Shown here in pieces: positions 1 to 13,213 of a stretch of 64,000 nucleotides of DNA. Origin of the DNA: Sporopachydermia quercuum (lineage: Eukaryota). Each line of letters begins with the position of its first letter. The first letter of the stretch is position 1. The notes beneath the pieces are model-generated. The model had not been told where the DNA came from. It saw nothing but the letters and a program-made list of their open reading frames with translations, and ran no database searches. Location: the NCBI GenBank assembly GCA_001599295.1, contig BCGN01000004.1, positions 1,737,676-1,801,675 of the forward strand, read 5' to 3'. The position numbers and the translations under genes are program-made.

Positions 1-504
1 AGACCACAACTCCCCTCTTGTCCCAGTCACATGAACATCTACATAGTTCAACAGACGTCATTATGCGTATATCCTTTCAAAGTTTTACATGTCTTATCGC
101 TTACCTGATCAAAATTGGTCCTCTATCATAATTTTTTTTATTCATACAATCATCAAAAGGTTTTTGTAACATCGGAACTTTTTCATATCTTTGTTACCTT
201 CTTTGGAGTGAACAATCAAAGGTTTTATTAAATAATGTGGCTGATAGTGTATAATTCAAAACATTTGCTATAAATTGCTATTAACAATTCAGAGGAAGAA
301 GCATAAGTTAAGAAAAGAAGTGATTAACTAGGTATTGCCTGACTGTTCAGTGATTGTAGTCAGCACAATCCACGGCTTTTGCAGTCAGCAATTCTGTATA
401 GAATCTGAGTGATATCAAGTATCAATCACTATCATAAACAGCTAGTGTGTTTGTTGAGCTCTTTCCTAAGAGTTATCAAGAAGTAGACAGCCAATCATCT
501 TAAT

Positions 505-1401
505 ATGGCTGTTCTGAGTATATCAAGGCAAACTAATGAAAACAGAGATGTGATCGTTCCCGGAATCTCTGGGAATATGTTTTGCAGAGATGAGATGAGA
601 GGTAAACAAAGCATCGGAACATTCAGCAAAGATTTGCCATCAACGAGTACAACCAAAACAATGGCGTATTCGAAATTTGATGAACTGGTAGAAAACATTG
701 GAGAAATATTCGAACAAACAGATAAAGAAGGACCATTGACATTTGATGATGTTGATTTGGAGTCTTTGAAAAGGTTATTGGATGCGTATAAGTCCAATGA
801 AGAAGAATGGGGTAAATATGCTCTTTCAGATCCAACAAGACACTACACCAGAAATGGTGTTGAAAAATACGCTGATAAAGCTGATTTGCTTATATTGGTA
901 TGGAATCCAGGCAGATCTTCGTTAATTCATGACCACTCAGGTGCTCATTGTATAATGAAGATTCTGAAAGGAAACTTGCTTGAAACACAGTACGATTATC
1001 CATTAAATGATGATAGTGAGAAAATTGACATCAAGGTTAAAAAGCGAACCATATTACATGAAGGAGCACTTGCATATATAAGTGATCATATTGGATTGCA
1101 TAAAATGAGTAACTTATCCACAGGAAATAAAACACTAAACAAGGAATTATTGTCATGCATATCGTCAAATGAGATAGGCATCTTAGATCAAGAAGGTATG
1201 ACAGATCAGTTTTTAACTAAACATTTTGTCAATGTTTCTGATGAACCTGCAGTTTCTTTGCATTTGTATACCCCACCTTATGCTTCAAAATATGGGTGTC
1301 ATACTTTTGAAAATGACGGAACAAAGCGTAAAGTATTAATGTCCAACTTGTATAGTTTCAAGGGAGTACATGAAAATACTGCTGCTCACAATACTTGTTA
1401 A
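505..1401 (+). CDS. CDO1: Cysteine dioxygenase (cupin)
   Basis: Motifs YTRN, LILVWNPG.SS.IHDH..AHC.MK, YISD.IGLHKM and AVSLHLYTPP supply the metal-binding His residues, the Cys-Tyr crosslink residues and the substrate Arg. ~40-aa insertion before PAVSLH. Confidence 0.93.
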   Translation: MAVLSISRQTNENRDVIVPGISGNMFCRDEMRGKQSIGTFSKDLPSTSTTKTMAYSKFDELVENIGEIFEQTDKEGPLTFDDVDLESLKRLLDAYKSNEEEWGKYALSDPTRHYTRNGVEKYADKADLLILVWNPGRSSLIHDHSGAHCIMKILKGNLLETQYDYPLNDDSEKIDIKVKKRTILHEGALAYISDHIGLHKMSNLSTGNKTLNKELLSCISSNEIGILDQEGMTDQFLTKHFVNVSDEPAVSLHLYTPPYASKYGCHTFENDGTKRKVLMSNLYSFKGVHENTAAHNTC

Positions 1402-2606
1402 GCTGTTTGTTCTAAGTCATAAAGGAGAGCTCCTTCTCTTCTTTATTGTATCTCTAATTTTGAATATATTGGGTTGGTTGAGTTCTATGTCTTTTGCTAT
1501 TGGTATTGTTTTCTCATTGATGGCTATTCATAATGTCTCAGGAATTTTAAGTGATTTAGACCATGAGTTTTCCTTACTCAGCTACGGAGGTTTCATCCCA
1601 AAATCAGTTATTAGTTCCTGGTGTTTTTACTTCGCTCTCTCTCTCTCTATTTTCTCATCTTATAATGAATTATCTAAATAGCATTGGAATTATCTTTTTT
1701 TTATGGCGTTGGTTGGTTTTCATATTCATATTGCATTGTCCTAGGATAACTGGAGTCTTTCTTTACAAATGTTTCAAACAGAGCAAAAAAATAAAAAATA
1801 AAAATTGATGAAATAAACAAAAATATTTAATATAACATATTTGATGTTCACTTGTAGAATTATTATTTATTATACGGTGAAAATCAATCAAGCAAACGAT
1901 TAGACAATGAAATCAGCAAGTATTTTATCAGCTGATTAACATTCCATCGGTTACTGATAACTGATTCAAATAATCCTGAACCTTTCTACATTTTCATCCA
2001 TTGTATATTCCAACTATACCAGGAGTTTTTCGTTAATTATCACAATCTTTTTCTCGAAACTAATCTCTGTAATCAATGTCTTGCCATGTCTTCTCTTACA
2101 TAAATTATTCTTAGTGTGTTTTTTATTTGCATATGAAAAACAAAAAAAGTTATTGAAGCCTTAATTGCTCAAATTCACGTTTAAAGATTCAATCTTACCT
2201 AACATTTATAAGAGATACCCTTTTTCTGGTTGAAATACTAGAGATAACATATAATTAAATCATATATTTGATAAGCTACATAAGCAATACATATATAATT
2301 ATCAACTGACCGTAAATAGGCTCGATTGAGTTAATCAATGATATTCCATTTGATAACCTGCAACATCTACTAGTAGTGTTCTCCTTTTGAGGCTACTATG
2401 AATATTGTTTGAACGAGTTGACTAGCAGAGAGCAAGAATGAATACATAACAACTGTCAAAAACGTTTTCCAAATAGCTACTAATAATTATTTGAGATTGC
2501 TGAAGATCAGTTAATAGATCGCTATCAATTGTTAAGTCTCTCGAGCTGTTTGACTAGCTTGTGGAAACAGTTAATCATAAACATAATCAAAAGGTGCTCA
2601 TCAATC

Positions 2607-4553
2607 ATGTCAACTACTAACCTACCTCATGATTTAGGAGAACCTAGCAAAGGATCTACTCTTAATACGCGACTACAGCCAGAGACAGCAGAATCAATGT
2701 CTGAAGAGAAATCACAGAAAAAAGTGGTCCAGGATTTATCTGAAAGCCCATTACCAACTGGACTCCTTGTTTCATACCTTATTCAGCTAAGACTTCTCAA
2801 TGCAGTTACCATTCAAACATTCTTTCAACCAGATGAATACTGGCAGGCACTAGAACCAGCTCATAAACTAATCTTTGGTACAGGATATCTAACATGGGAG
2901 TGGAAACATCAGTTACGATCTTATCTTCATCCAGGTATATTTGCTGTCATTTACGCCATCAGCAATTTCTTTGATTTAGGCTCCATTGGTGTAATATATG
3001 GGCCTTTAGTATTATGTGCCTTGCTAGCCGCCTCATCAGAAGTTGTATTTTACAGATTTGCTGGTAGTTCCACTGGGAATGAAACAATTGCCAGGTGGTG
3101 TCTTCTTATCAGTGTAACCTCAGCATTCAACTGGTACTGTATCACTAGATCTTTCTCCAATACACTTGAGATGCAATTGACATGCTTTGCCTTATATTTC
3201 TGGCCATGGGGTAAAAGGCAGCAGACTCATCTTGATAGTGAAAACTTATATATTGCATTGATAATAGCAGCTTTTGGATGCTTACTTAGACCGACAAATG
3301 CTATTATATGGTTAGTGTTAGGTATAAATTTACTGTTTAATACTCCTAGGAAGATCAAATTACTATCTTTAGTGGTCTTTAGTGGATCGCACGCTATATT
3401 TATTACATGGTGTATTGACTATTGGTATTATGGTGTTAGTACATTTCCTGCTTGGAATTTTATTCATTTCAACGTGATTGAATCAATTGCGTCCTTCTAT
3501 GGTACATCTCCATGGCATTTTTATCTTTTCCAGGGAATTCCTGTGCTTTTGATAGGATACCTTCCTTTCTTTGTCTACGGATTAATAGTATCCAAACATT
3601 CAGTAATAACAGCTGTGATAGTAACTGTTACTGTTATATTCTCTTTGATTCCTCATAAAGAGTTCAGGTTTCTCTACCCAATTCTACCTTTCATGCATCT
3701 AGTTACGGCAAATGGTATACACCAATTCAATAAGGGTTCTTATAAGAAATGGACAATGAAGCTTGTGATAGTAATAGTTTTGCTTAACACTGGTATTGCA
3801 ATATTCTTCTCTCAAGTCCATGAGAAAGGAGTAATTGATGTCGTGAATTATATTAGAGATGATTATGATGATGGATATAGAGAAATTCGATCAGTAGGCT
3901 TTCTAATGCCTTGCCATTCAACACCATTTATGTCTCACATCAATAGAGATGATTTAGAAGATGTTTGGTTTTTAACCTGTGAACCACCAATCAAGTAAGT
4001 AATAGCATAAGGCTTATGATACTACTCATTTGTTGCAGCTAAATAAATCTGCAGGAGCAGTAGTTGTTGATATATATATCATGGTTTATTATATTATTTA
4101 CCATTAACTTTATTAACAATATTTTTTCTACTTAGTGTTCTTGAGAGCGAGCGAGATAAATATTTAGATGAAGCAGATCTTTTCTATAAAGACCCAGAGG
4201 ATTACTTGAACAACAAACTACCACCTTTAGAGAATTATCTACGCGATGATAAATCAGTTTATTTACATGAATGGCCAACTCATTTAGTTTTCTACGAAGA
4301 ATTAGAGCCGGTCATGAAGTCATTTTTATTAGGAACCAAATACGAAGAGGTAAGTATCAGCTACTATTAATATGTTGATTCATTATGACTATGTAAAGTT
4401 ATGCATATATCATATTTGGACGGATTCCATTGACAGATGAGAACAGAGAATACTAACTGTAAATAAAATTAGTGCACCCGCTTTTTCAACAGTTACTTCC
4501 ATTACGATTCACGAAGATCTGGCGATGTTATTGTTTATTGTAAATGGCCATAG
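2607..4553 (+). CDS. GPI10: GPI mannosyltransferase 3 (PIG-B); exons 2607-3994, 4136-4349, 4473-4553
   Basis: Motifs TFFQPDEYWQALEPAH, LTWEW, HKEFRF, FLMPCHSTP, FLTCEPP. Introns GTAAGT..TATTAAC..TAG and GTAAGT..TACTAAC..TAG restore YLDEAD.FY and FFNSYFHYDSRRSGDVIVY. Confidence 0.95.
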
Positions 4554-4647
4554 ACACAACTACCACAATATAACTAATGCCTTACCAATAGTGAGCTAAT
4601 TCATTCTTTGGTACAAATGGTAAAAGCAAAGAAAAACTTTCAGTATT

Positions 4648-6028
4648 CTAGTTCCACATGCTTGATTGACCAGGAGTACTTCTAATATAATGTTTCTTCT
4701 TTACAGGATCATCATTTTTCTTGTTTAAGTCGGTTTTGGCCTTCTTGATTTCCTCGCCTTTGATTACAGCACTCTCAATATTACCTTTCCGTAACTGATA
4801 GTATTCATTCCACGTCTGTATCCTTGTACCGTTTTCACTTCCATTCAGTGATTCTAATCTACCTTTGATAGCACCTACTAATTCAGAAGCTTCATACCAC
4901 TTTTTGTCTTTGATATATGCATCAAATAGTGCCAGCATACAATTGGTATCACCTAAATACAAACCTAGCTTCAACCATTCAATTGCTTTTACTAAATCTT
5001 CAAATAAATGCATTTCAAGCAGTCCTAGCTCATAAAAAGAATCACTAAATCCTTTAGAAGCAGCTTGTTCTAAATGATACCTACACTTCAAAGGATCAGA
5101 GTATTCTTTAGCCAGAAATGGTGATTTTGTTTGCGCTAGATAATAATGCGCTTCTGCTACATGCGGGGTATTGGAATATGCTAATGATAATGACATTTGT
5201 AGATGTTTTGATGCCTTCTGAAAATCTGGTGGTATTGAGTGCAGAAAATATAACAATGCCAAGTTTTTATGAGATTCTGAAGCTGCGGCTGAGTTCGGAT
5301 CTCCTTCTAGATGCTGTATGTATAGATTCTTGCTGATGTTGTATAGTTGCTTATCAGTGGTCACTTCAGTGCTAAGAGTAGAGAATGCTATGTCAGCTAA
5401 TAATTTATAAGTCAAAGGATGATTGAGGTCTATCAGCTGTTTTAACAAAGATTTGGCATATACTTTATCGTCTCTTGTTGAGTTATTTGCGTTCAACGTT
5501 TCAATTGCTAGTAGCGCTATAGCGTCAGAATTACCCATCTCTGCACAAGCCTCTACTATGACGGATTCAATTTTCAGTAATGGTTTGCTGATAGTTTTCG
5601 TAAGTTTCCGATACGTTTCCAGTGCTTGCTTTAAAATCATCAAAGTGTCTTTATCAGCATATTTCGGCAATTGATCAATCGTTCCTGTTTCCAAGGCTGA
5701 TTGAAATATAGGTACTGCTTGTTTGTAGGAGATAGGAGAGTTAAGATCAAAGAGCAACCGTTTCATCACTGATTTAGTTGGTAAGATGGATTCAATGCTT
5801 ATAGAAGATTTGCCCGAGCTCGCCAGTCTATTTGAAGTAAAATTGGGGCCATGTTAGAATCTGAAAGAATAACTGAGTCATCCTAGGCAATTCTGCCTAA
5901 TAACAGTTGATTATGGTCACCAGATCGTATACTTACATTGGAGATGTAGATGAGAAGTGTCTGCAAGGACCATGAAGCCTTAAAGCTTCTGGTTGCACTT
6001 TTGACCATATCTTTGCTCTCTGAAACAT
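4648..6028 (-). CDS. MSS2: Mitochondrial SEL1/TPR protein, Mss2-like; exons 6028-5937, 5827-4648
   Basis: SEL1-like repeats. Intron 5936-5828 (GTAAGT..TTCTAAC..TAG) adds a presequence-like MFQRAKIW..RHFSSTSPIL in frame. P.K..MKRLLFD resembles Mss2. Confidence 0.7.
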
Positions 6029-7081
6029 TATTTGTCCTACAGCTTTCAGCCTTCAGGTACTGGATTTCAAATCCTCATTTTACAATCATACTAATCAATT
6101 AATATTATATAAAGAATGAAAAGTCAAATAGAACCACTTTCATTAAGTACCTATCTAATCACTCTTTCGAGGTATTGATACCATAAATTTCATAACCTGT
6201 AATGAGACAAGAGAGAAGAGATATTATAGATGATTATGTGAACGGTTAATAAGAATCTAGTGAAGGATTATTGTCTAAGAGATACTTTGGATTTTACATA
6301 GCTGCTAAACTAGAACTAATCACAAATAACCTAGTTGAGATGCTCTTTTTCTTTATTACCAGATTATCTTATTTTTTATTTTACTCATTATCACATTTGA
6401 ATAATCTTCCACTCTGCTATTTGTACCTCCTATAGCAACCTAACAATTGAAAACGGAAACAATGCAGGGTACAACCGGAAATCATTCTTTTCAATATGTA
6501 TGATAAACGCGGGCTAATTTTCATACACAAACTTTTTAGAATTTGATCCACAGAAAAAGTGAAAGAAAAAGTAAGAAGAAAAGTCTCACACAAAATCATT
6601 TCTTCATTTCTTTTGTTAACAACAAACATGGGAAAGCTTTATCGGAAGTTTCATTCTTTCTTCTGTTCTACGCTTTATTTCATTATCAGTTGTCTTACCA
6701 ATAAAAAATTTGCATTCCAATAGATTCATAGTAAATTTAGATCTAAGAAACTTTTGCCTCTTTCATTCAAGTATACATACTCTTTTCTTTCTTCTATATT
6801 GTTTTTAGCTTTATTCTTCCTGCCGTTGGCAAGATCTTTTTGGTAAACCAGAAGAGACAGCAGAGAATATTGATACAACCAGAAAAGCACACTGCCTATA
6901 GCAGGCTCATCAAGAAGTTATAATCAATTCATTTGGGCACGTTTGAACATCTCATTTACAACACTAAATCACTCGATTTTGTTCCTCCATATCTTTACGA
7001 CTGCATTTATAGTTTACACTGGTAGAAACACTGGTAGCATTTTTGTTATCAGACATCGATCAAAAAAAAACAAAACACAGC

Positions 7082-7775
7082 ATGAGTTACGAATCTCTTC
7101 CACCGTATTGTAAGTATTAATGTTTGATAATATTTGAATTCAGTTTGTGCTCGAACGACTTAAAAACTAACAATCAAATTTAGTAACTAAAAGCATCAAA
7201 GCCAAGTTTGAAGCTAGAAAATCATTTGACTTTGATGATGACTTGGAGTTCTGTCCAGTAATCTCAGACGAAGATGTAAGTAAACTATTGCTTTTATCTT
7301 TATCATTTTCCTTGTAATTTTTTCTTTTGTATATATCGAGTCAACTCACTAACAAATCATATTGTAGTATATGAGGCACCAAAGCCGTTTATCAACACCG
7401 GTTAAATGCAATAACATGGGAAATCTTTATAATAATAGCAGTCCAATAGTTTATGGCAATGGAAACAATTATCTCAACAACATAAATGATCCTTATACGT
7501 CCCCTTTAATTTCAAAGCAATACGGTAGATCAAACCAAGGAAACCCCGTTTATGGATCACCATCAGGCCATAATATACTATTGAACGACTCTAATCAATA
7601 CTATGGAATGAATGCTCCTAAGCATTCTAATATGGCCAATAGAAGCTCTCCCCCACGTTCTAATTTAGGACTCTATCAATCATCCGTTAGTCAAGGGTAT
7701 TATAACAATCGTTTGGCTTCAAGAGCTAGGGCAGGTTCCCCTGGTGTCGTAAATATGAGCCAAAGACGATATTAA
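7082..7775 (+). CDS. Uncharacterised ~175-aa protein; exons 7082-7109, 7184-7275, 7368-7775
   Basis: Two canonical GTAAGT..ACTAAC..TAG introns join in frame to give MSYESLPPYLTKSIKAKFEARKSFDFDDDLEFCPVISDED followed by an N/S/P-rich tail. Confidence 0.8.
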
Positions 7776-8414
7776 ATGATTTAGTTCTAGACGATCGAAC
7801 TATAAGTTGTGCATGGATATGGTATTATGACTCAGTTTCTGCATAACAAGAATGTTTCACGACTTTTGCATTGGTTATTTTTTGTCTTTACGACTATGAA
7901 AAGAATTTACTGACCTTGTTTTTATTTGTTTTTTTATTTGTTGATGAATTCACGTTTCGGCATTACTGTTTGACACATTAAGGACGGCATTGAAGTAATG
8001 ACACTATCATGATACGTTTGGGTTTTCGTACAGGTTTTCATTCACCGTAATACATACGGTTTGTAGTTGTTATGATTCATTTTGTTTTTCTTCACTTATT
8101 ACAATAGTTTAATTTTCTGTTTGTTTTTGCTTTTTGCTTTTTGGTCTTTATGGAATTGGTTTTGAACATTTTGAATATACAGGGTAGATAAAAAGTTTGG
8201 TAATTACTACAAAAGTCCTATTTATAGATAATATTAATTTGAATAAATTTTTTTTTATGGGGAATGGATGCATGGCAGCCGTGAGAGCGGTACTTTGAAG
8301 AATGGGAGACTATATACTGTAAAATATAAGCACCTTACTCCTTAAAAGCTTTTCTTAATGCTTGAGAAGAATATAACTAAGCCATTAAGTTTATTTATTC
8401 ATCGCCCTACACTA

Positions 8415-9405
8415 TCACTTCAGCACAACAATCAGTATTATCAATGCAACTATCAAAATGATTATAGTTACCCAATCACCATGTTCTTTTGCTTTCTGAG
8501 AAAACTTCTCCAGTCTATGTTTAGCTTTACTCATTCTTGATTCGCTCCGGTCTAATAGATTCTCCACGTCGTCCAGAAGTTCCAAGTGTGAGTCCAGTTC
8601 TTCCGATATGGTGAATCCCAAGTCTCTTTGTCGATGGACTGAGGAAGCAAGGCTATTCAAATGCTCATCCTGTTGTAACATTACTTGCTGCTGCTGTTGA
8701 TGTATTTGTCTGTTTGATATATCGCTATACGCTGGTGTACTAACAGTTCGTGGGTCATCAGAGTATGTCACTGATTTTATATTTGGTAGGCCACCAGCTA
8801 TACTTGAAGAAGCGTTCCCATTCCTTGTTAAACTTTCCCCTGGATCATCTTTATAAGGTCGAAATTCTGCCTCTGGTGGTTCTTCTATCAGATTTTCTTT
8901 GAATCTAACGGATTTCACCTGGAAATCACCATTGGATTCTGGTGGATTACTCTCATCTACCTCTTCATTACTACTTATCCTGTGAACATACTTGTAATCT
9001 TCAATGTAAATCTTTGGATCATCTTTCAGTTCATCTAACACTTCNTCATATTGTTTACTTGCTGCTTCTAATCCTGCTTCTCTATATTGATAAGAAAACA
9101 TGTTAGCACCGAGTGTTTATACACACCTGTATGTCCTGCCCCTACTTGTCTCAGTCTTTATCCACCTAACCTCCGACAACTACAATAACTGGTACTTACA
9201 TTTTCTGTCGATTCCGCACATTCAACTGTTTCAATTCATCTTCAACATCTTTAAAACCATCAAGAACTCTGCTCAAAGAGTCTTTCACATCAGAGTTATC
9301 AGTTGACGATGGCTTGAGCTTTAGTCTATACAGCCTTTGCCTCTCATCCACCACTACCCTGGCTTGGTCTATCAGAAGCAGTAGTTTCGAGACATTTGAT
9401 GACAT
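8415..9405 (-). CDS. SYN8: Endosomal Qc-SNARE (syntaxin-8-like); exons 9405-9200, 9081-8415
   Basis: KSVRF and FRPYKD motifs, SNARE motif QQDEHL..L..SV.RQ..LG..I..EL, C-terminal TM. Intron GTAAGT..TGCTAAC..TAG is phase-consistent. Confidence 0.88.
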
Positions 9406-10254
9406 TGTAATCCTTGTTATTTGACATCACACAACATACATATCAACCAGGGATATGTCAGAAAGATGTTGATTACACTATCAAAGTAAAAAATACACAC
9501 ATCCAAGACATATGGAATATTCAGTTATCTGCTAATCAATTCTATTATGCTGATTGAGAGAGGTTGTTTTTCCGGTTTTTGTTAGGCTGTTTTTTTTTTT
9601 TGGATAAAGGGGTAGTCTGGAGATATATGTATTTCGGTTGAATAATGGAGCTGAGTAAAAGTAACATCATGTAGCAATATATAACAATGGATTGAAGTTT
9701 TCTCCCAGAGAATATAATTTATTGTCAGTTAGCACTAATAATGAAAGCAGAGTTATATTACATTTCCATTAACTCTCATTTGTTGTATTATATTAATCAT
9801 ATCAATTGGCCTCAACTCGTCTCATTCTTATCAGAAAATCAAACAAATCAGACAGAGGATTTTGTTAGGATAAAGAACGGAAAAAATAATCCAAATTCAA
9901 AGCGGAAATCGTACCTTAAGAAAGGAAAGGATTCCCCGCATAATTCCTATCTTTCTTTTCCACTATTAGAGGCAGTGAGTTACTTCCATCGCACCTTTGT
10001 ACCTGCCTATCAATGATGGTTTCCTACTCATTGTTCTTCATGGATTAAATATATGCTACCATTAAACGGGCAGTATATTTGAATTAGATGCGTAGTGCAC
10101 ACTGTAGTGTACATTATATATGTTACTTGGAACTAGGAGCATCTATAAGTTAATTATCTGACAAGTGTTATTCGTTACGAAGATATTATAAGAACTGATA
10201 CCTTTCTTGTGAGCCTTAATTCCATTCTTCTTCATTGCAGTCCTAACTCCAAAC

Positions 10255-12028
10255 ATGGCACCCGATGAACTACCAGTACGAGCCGAGACTCCATTGAACG
10301 AACCACAGAATTCTGCAACTTCAACACTAGAAATGTTTTATCAAACAGAAGATGACATCCAATCAGAACCCGAAGGTTATGACCTATTTAATGCTGAAGC
10401 GTGTGACAGTCTTCTTGAAAACATATCATTATCATTTATATCAAATCACGAGCATGTAATATGTCCTATATGTCGTTCTCCTTTTACAAATCCTTATATC
10501 ACACTCTGTGGTCATACATTTTGCAAGGAGTGTATATTCGCAGTGCTAAACAACGATATAACTACCAGTCTTTCATCACAGGTTATTTCACGTTGCCCTA
10601 TTGATAGAACTCCTCTCAGAGTATTATCTGACGATATAATGCCGGCACCAATAATAATCACCAATATAATAGACGAATTGATTGTTGAATGTCCTAACAA
10701 AGCAAGAGGATGCGATTTCAAGTGCAAAAGATGGGATATAGCAAGGCATGTTAAGAATGATTGCGGATACACCAGAGTTCTCTGTGGAGGAACCCGTGTC
10801 ATTGAAATCAAGGATACTGATAATTCAGTTCCAGAATTGACAACCATAGAGAAGTCAGGATCAACCGAAACAAGCAACCGAGAAGTACCTACTGAAGAGA
10901 TTGCGAATAGAGAACAACAAACGACAGTATCACATATGAATGAAGATGCGCAGCGGTTGCAGATTGGACAGATTGGACGAACGAACGTAATAGATACTAT
11001 CAACAAAAACAGAAAAGAAGTATGTAAATTACCAATACAACGAAGATACGTCGAAGGTGTTCATACAAATAAGGAATACCAGTGTCAACATCGTCTGCTC
11101 CAATGTTCCCACTGCCATGAAGCAATTCCCCTTTATCTTTATCAACAACATTTAACTAAACTATGCCAGGCGATTACAGTTCCATGCCCTGCATGTCTAT
11201 TAGAAGTGTCCCTACAGCAATACAAACAGCATATTGATTCTGAATGTCCGGAATGTGTTGTAATATGTGACGCCGTAAGATTTGGTTGTGACTGGAGAGG
11301 CCGTAGAGAAGAAATGAAGAATAGACATTCAAATACTTGTATATATAAAAAACTAGGAGGATACTTAAGCGGAGTGGAGACTCAAATGGACGATTTGCGG
11401 TCTGAGAATGAAAGCTTGAAAAACAGATTAAATGTTATGCTTGACGCTATTACTAAGAGTAAAACAAGCGATAGAGGCCGCGGCTGGTCTGAGGCTTANA
11501 GTAATGAGTCGTCAGAGGACTCTGATATCAGAGACGAACTGAATAAGTTCCAAGTTGAATTAAACAATCTTGGAATGCTGGTGAGAGAACTAGACAGAGC
11601 ACAACATGTGATGTTCATTCAAGAGAATACAAGAACTCAAGAAGAACTAATATCAATGCGGGCTTTATTGGGTAATTTAAGACAAAATGTTATGTTCCTA
11701 ATGGCAGAAAGAAGAGTGGCTTCCTTGCAAGGCTCTTCAATAAATGGAACAATAAACAACAATGAAGATAGATCATTTGGATATAGATCGGGGTATAATC
11801 CTCTCGAGTTTGATCTCAACAGTATGTTCAGTTCTATGGGCATTTCAAGAGAAAATGGGTTCTATTCTAGACCACAAGGTAAGTAAACGAATCCTCTGGA
11901 ATATTGCTTTTGTTTTCCTTCTTCTGGTCTCCAAATACCTTAGTAACCTTGATTTATTCAATCGATGTTTAATGCTAACAGCTGAATCTTTTAATCTAGA
12001 TGGATCCAGACAAGATGTCAAACTATAA
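10255..12028 (+). CDS. RING (C3HC4) + TRAF-type zinc finger + coiled-coil protein, putative E3 ligase; exons 10255-11878, 12000-12028
   Basis: CPIC..PF..P..T.CGHTFC.EC...CPIDR RING and repeated TRAF-type Cys/His fingers. Terminal intron GTAAGT..TGCTAAC..TAG gives ...DGSRQDVKL*. Confidence 0.85.
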
Positions 12029-12575
12029 ACCTGAAGCACCTTTTCAGATACAGCATCATTATTCTGTATATAATCTTTCACTCAGTTACAACATACCCAT
12101 ACCAACATAGTGTAAGAAATCAAAGGATCTAAACACTTCCGGATCTAAACATATCATCATAATAACACTCTACATGTGGAATAAAACAGCTACCACATTT
12201 TGATAAAAAAGTACCGATAAAGAGGTATAAATAGTACCTCAGCATTCAATTTTACTCCTATTTACCAGGCACTATGTATCGTTTACACTAATCAATGCTC
12301 CGTTCTCACTGTTTTTTAAGCGAAGACTCAAACCTCAATTCAGTTATACATTTTCTCTTTATCAGTTCGATCTCGTGATTCGCTATTTTATCATATAACT
12401 ATTGTTTCATCTTCTCCACATTTTTCATCTTTTTTTCAGTTTCACTATCAATTACATTATACTCACAACTTAACCTCTGAATCACAATTAATAGAGAGAC
12501 CTAAGTTATTAGTCTCCGGCAGTCTAATTACTCTTAGTATACAAGCATGTATCAATACCGCTCCTCATAGTTTTC

Positions 12576-12723
12576 CCCCACTATTATCTTGTTTCTATGA
12601 TATAATCCTTACCTATCATTTCCACCGTTTCATTTACCACGCAATTATCATGTTTGTATGTTTCACTTGTGGTTTGTACGGGACACATCTGATACTGAAA
12701 CAAGAAACACCCCCCACGAAAAA
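12576..12723. promoter_or_regulatory. Candidate Mig1/CreA glucose-repression sites
   Basis: CCCCAC-T-ATTAT (12576) and CCCCAC-G-AAAAA (12712) match the GC box plus AT flank, upstream of the hydroxy-acid oxidase gene. Confidence 0.4.
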
Positions 12724-13213
12724 ACATTTGTTGTTCACCTAATCATTTAATCACACACGAAAAGTCCATTATTAGTAACACACAGCGAAACAGGCGAAAT
12801 AGGCGAAATAAATGACATGTGAAATAAGGAAGGGAAAAGACAAAAAGGGCATACGAAACAATCGGGAAGACAAATTAGATCAGAGGAGAGATTGCCAGAA
12901 ATAGGAAAAGACTGAGAAAATTATCCCCGAATTGAGTTCTAAATAGTGCAATTTATTACAGGAATAGTGAGGTGAAAAGTTTGGAGGTAAAGTAACCTCC
13001 GCGGGGTGAAAGAGTATATATACTAAGATGAATGCTGTTTGGTCGAAAGATTGCCCAGGATAAGCTATGATATGTTGATAGAAGGGTATCATGTGAATTT
13101 GACAGGTTATTAGTAGATTTGTTAGTTTTCAAAGTAAGACTGCGAAATTGAATAAAAAGACAATTGAAGGTAAGGTTGAAGCTTAGGATCAGGCACAGTA
13201 AATGTAAATCAAG

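Noticed and set aside
1370..1808. Hydrophobic short ORFs after CDO1, and the many short antisense ORFs in the track
   Set aside because: They are T-rich 3'-UTR or shadow frames of real genes, with no recognisable motifs.
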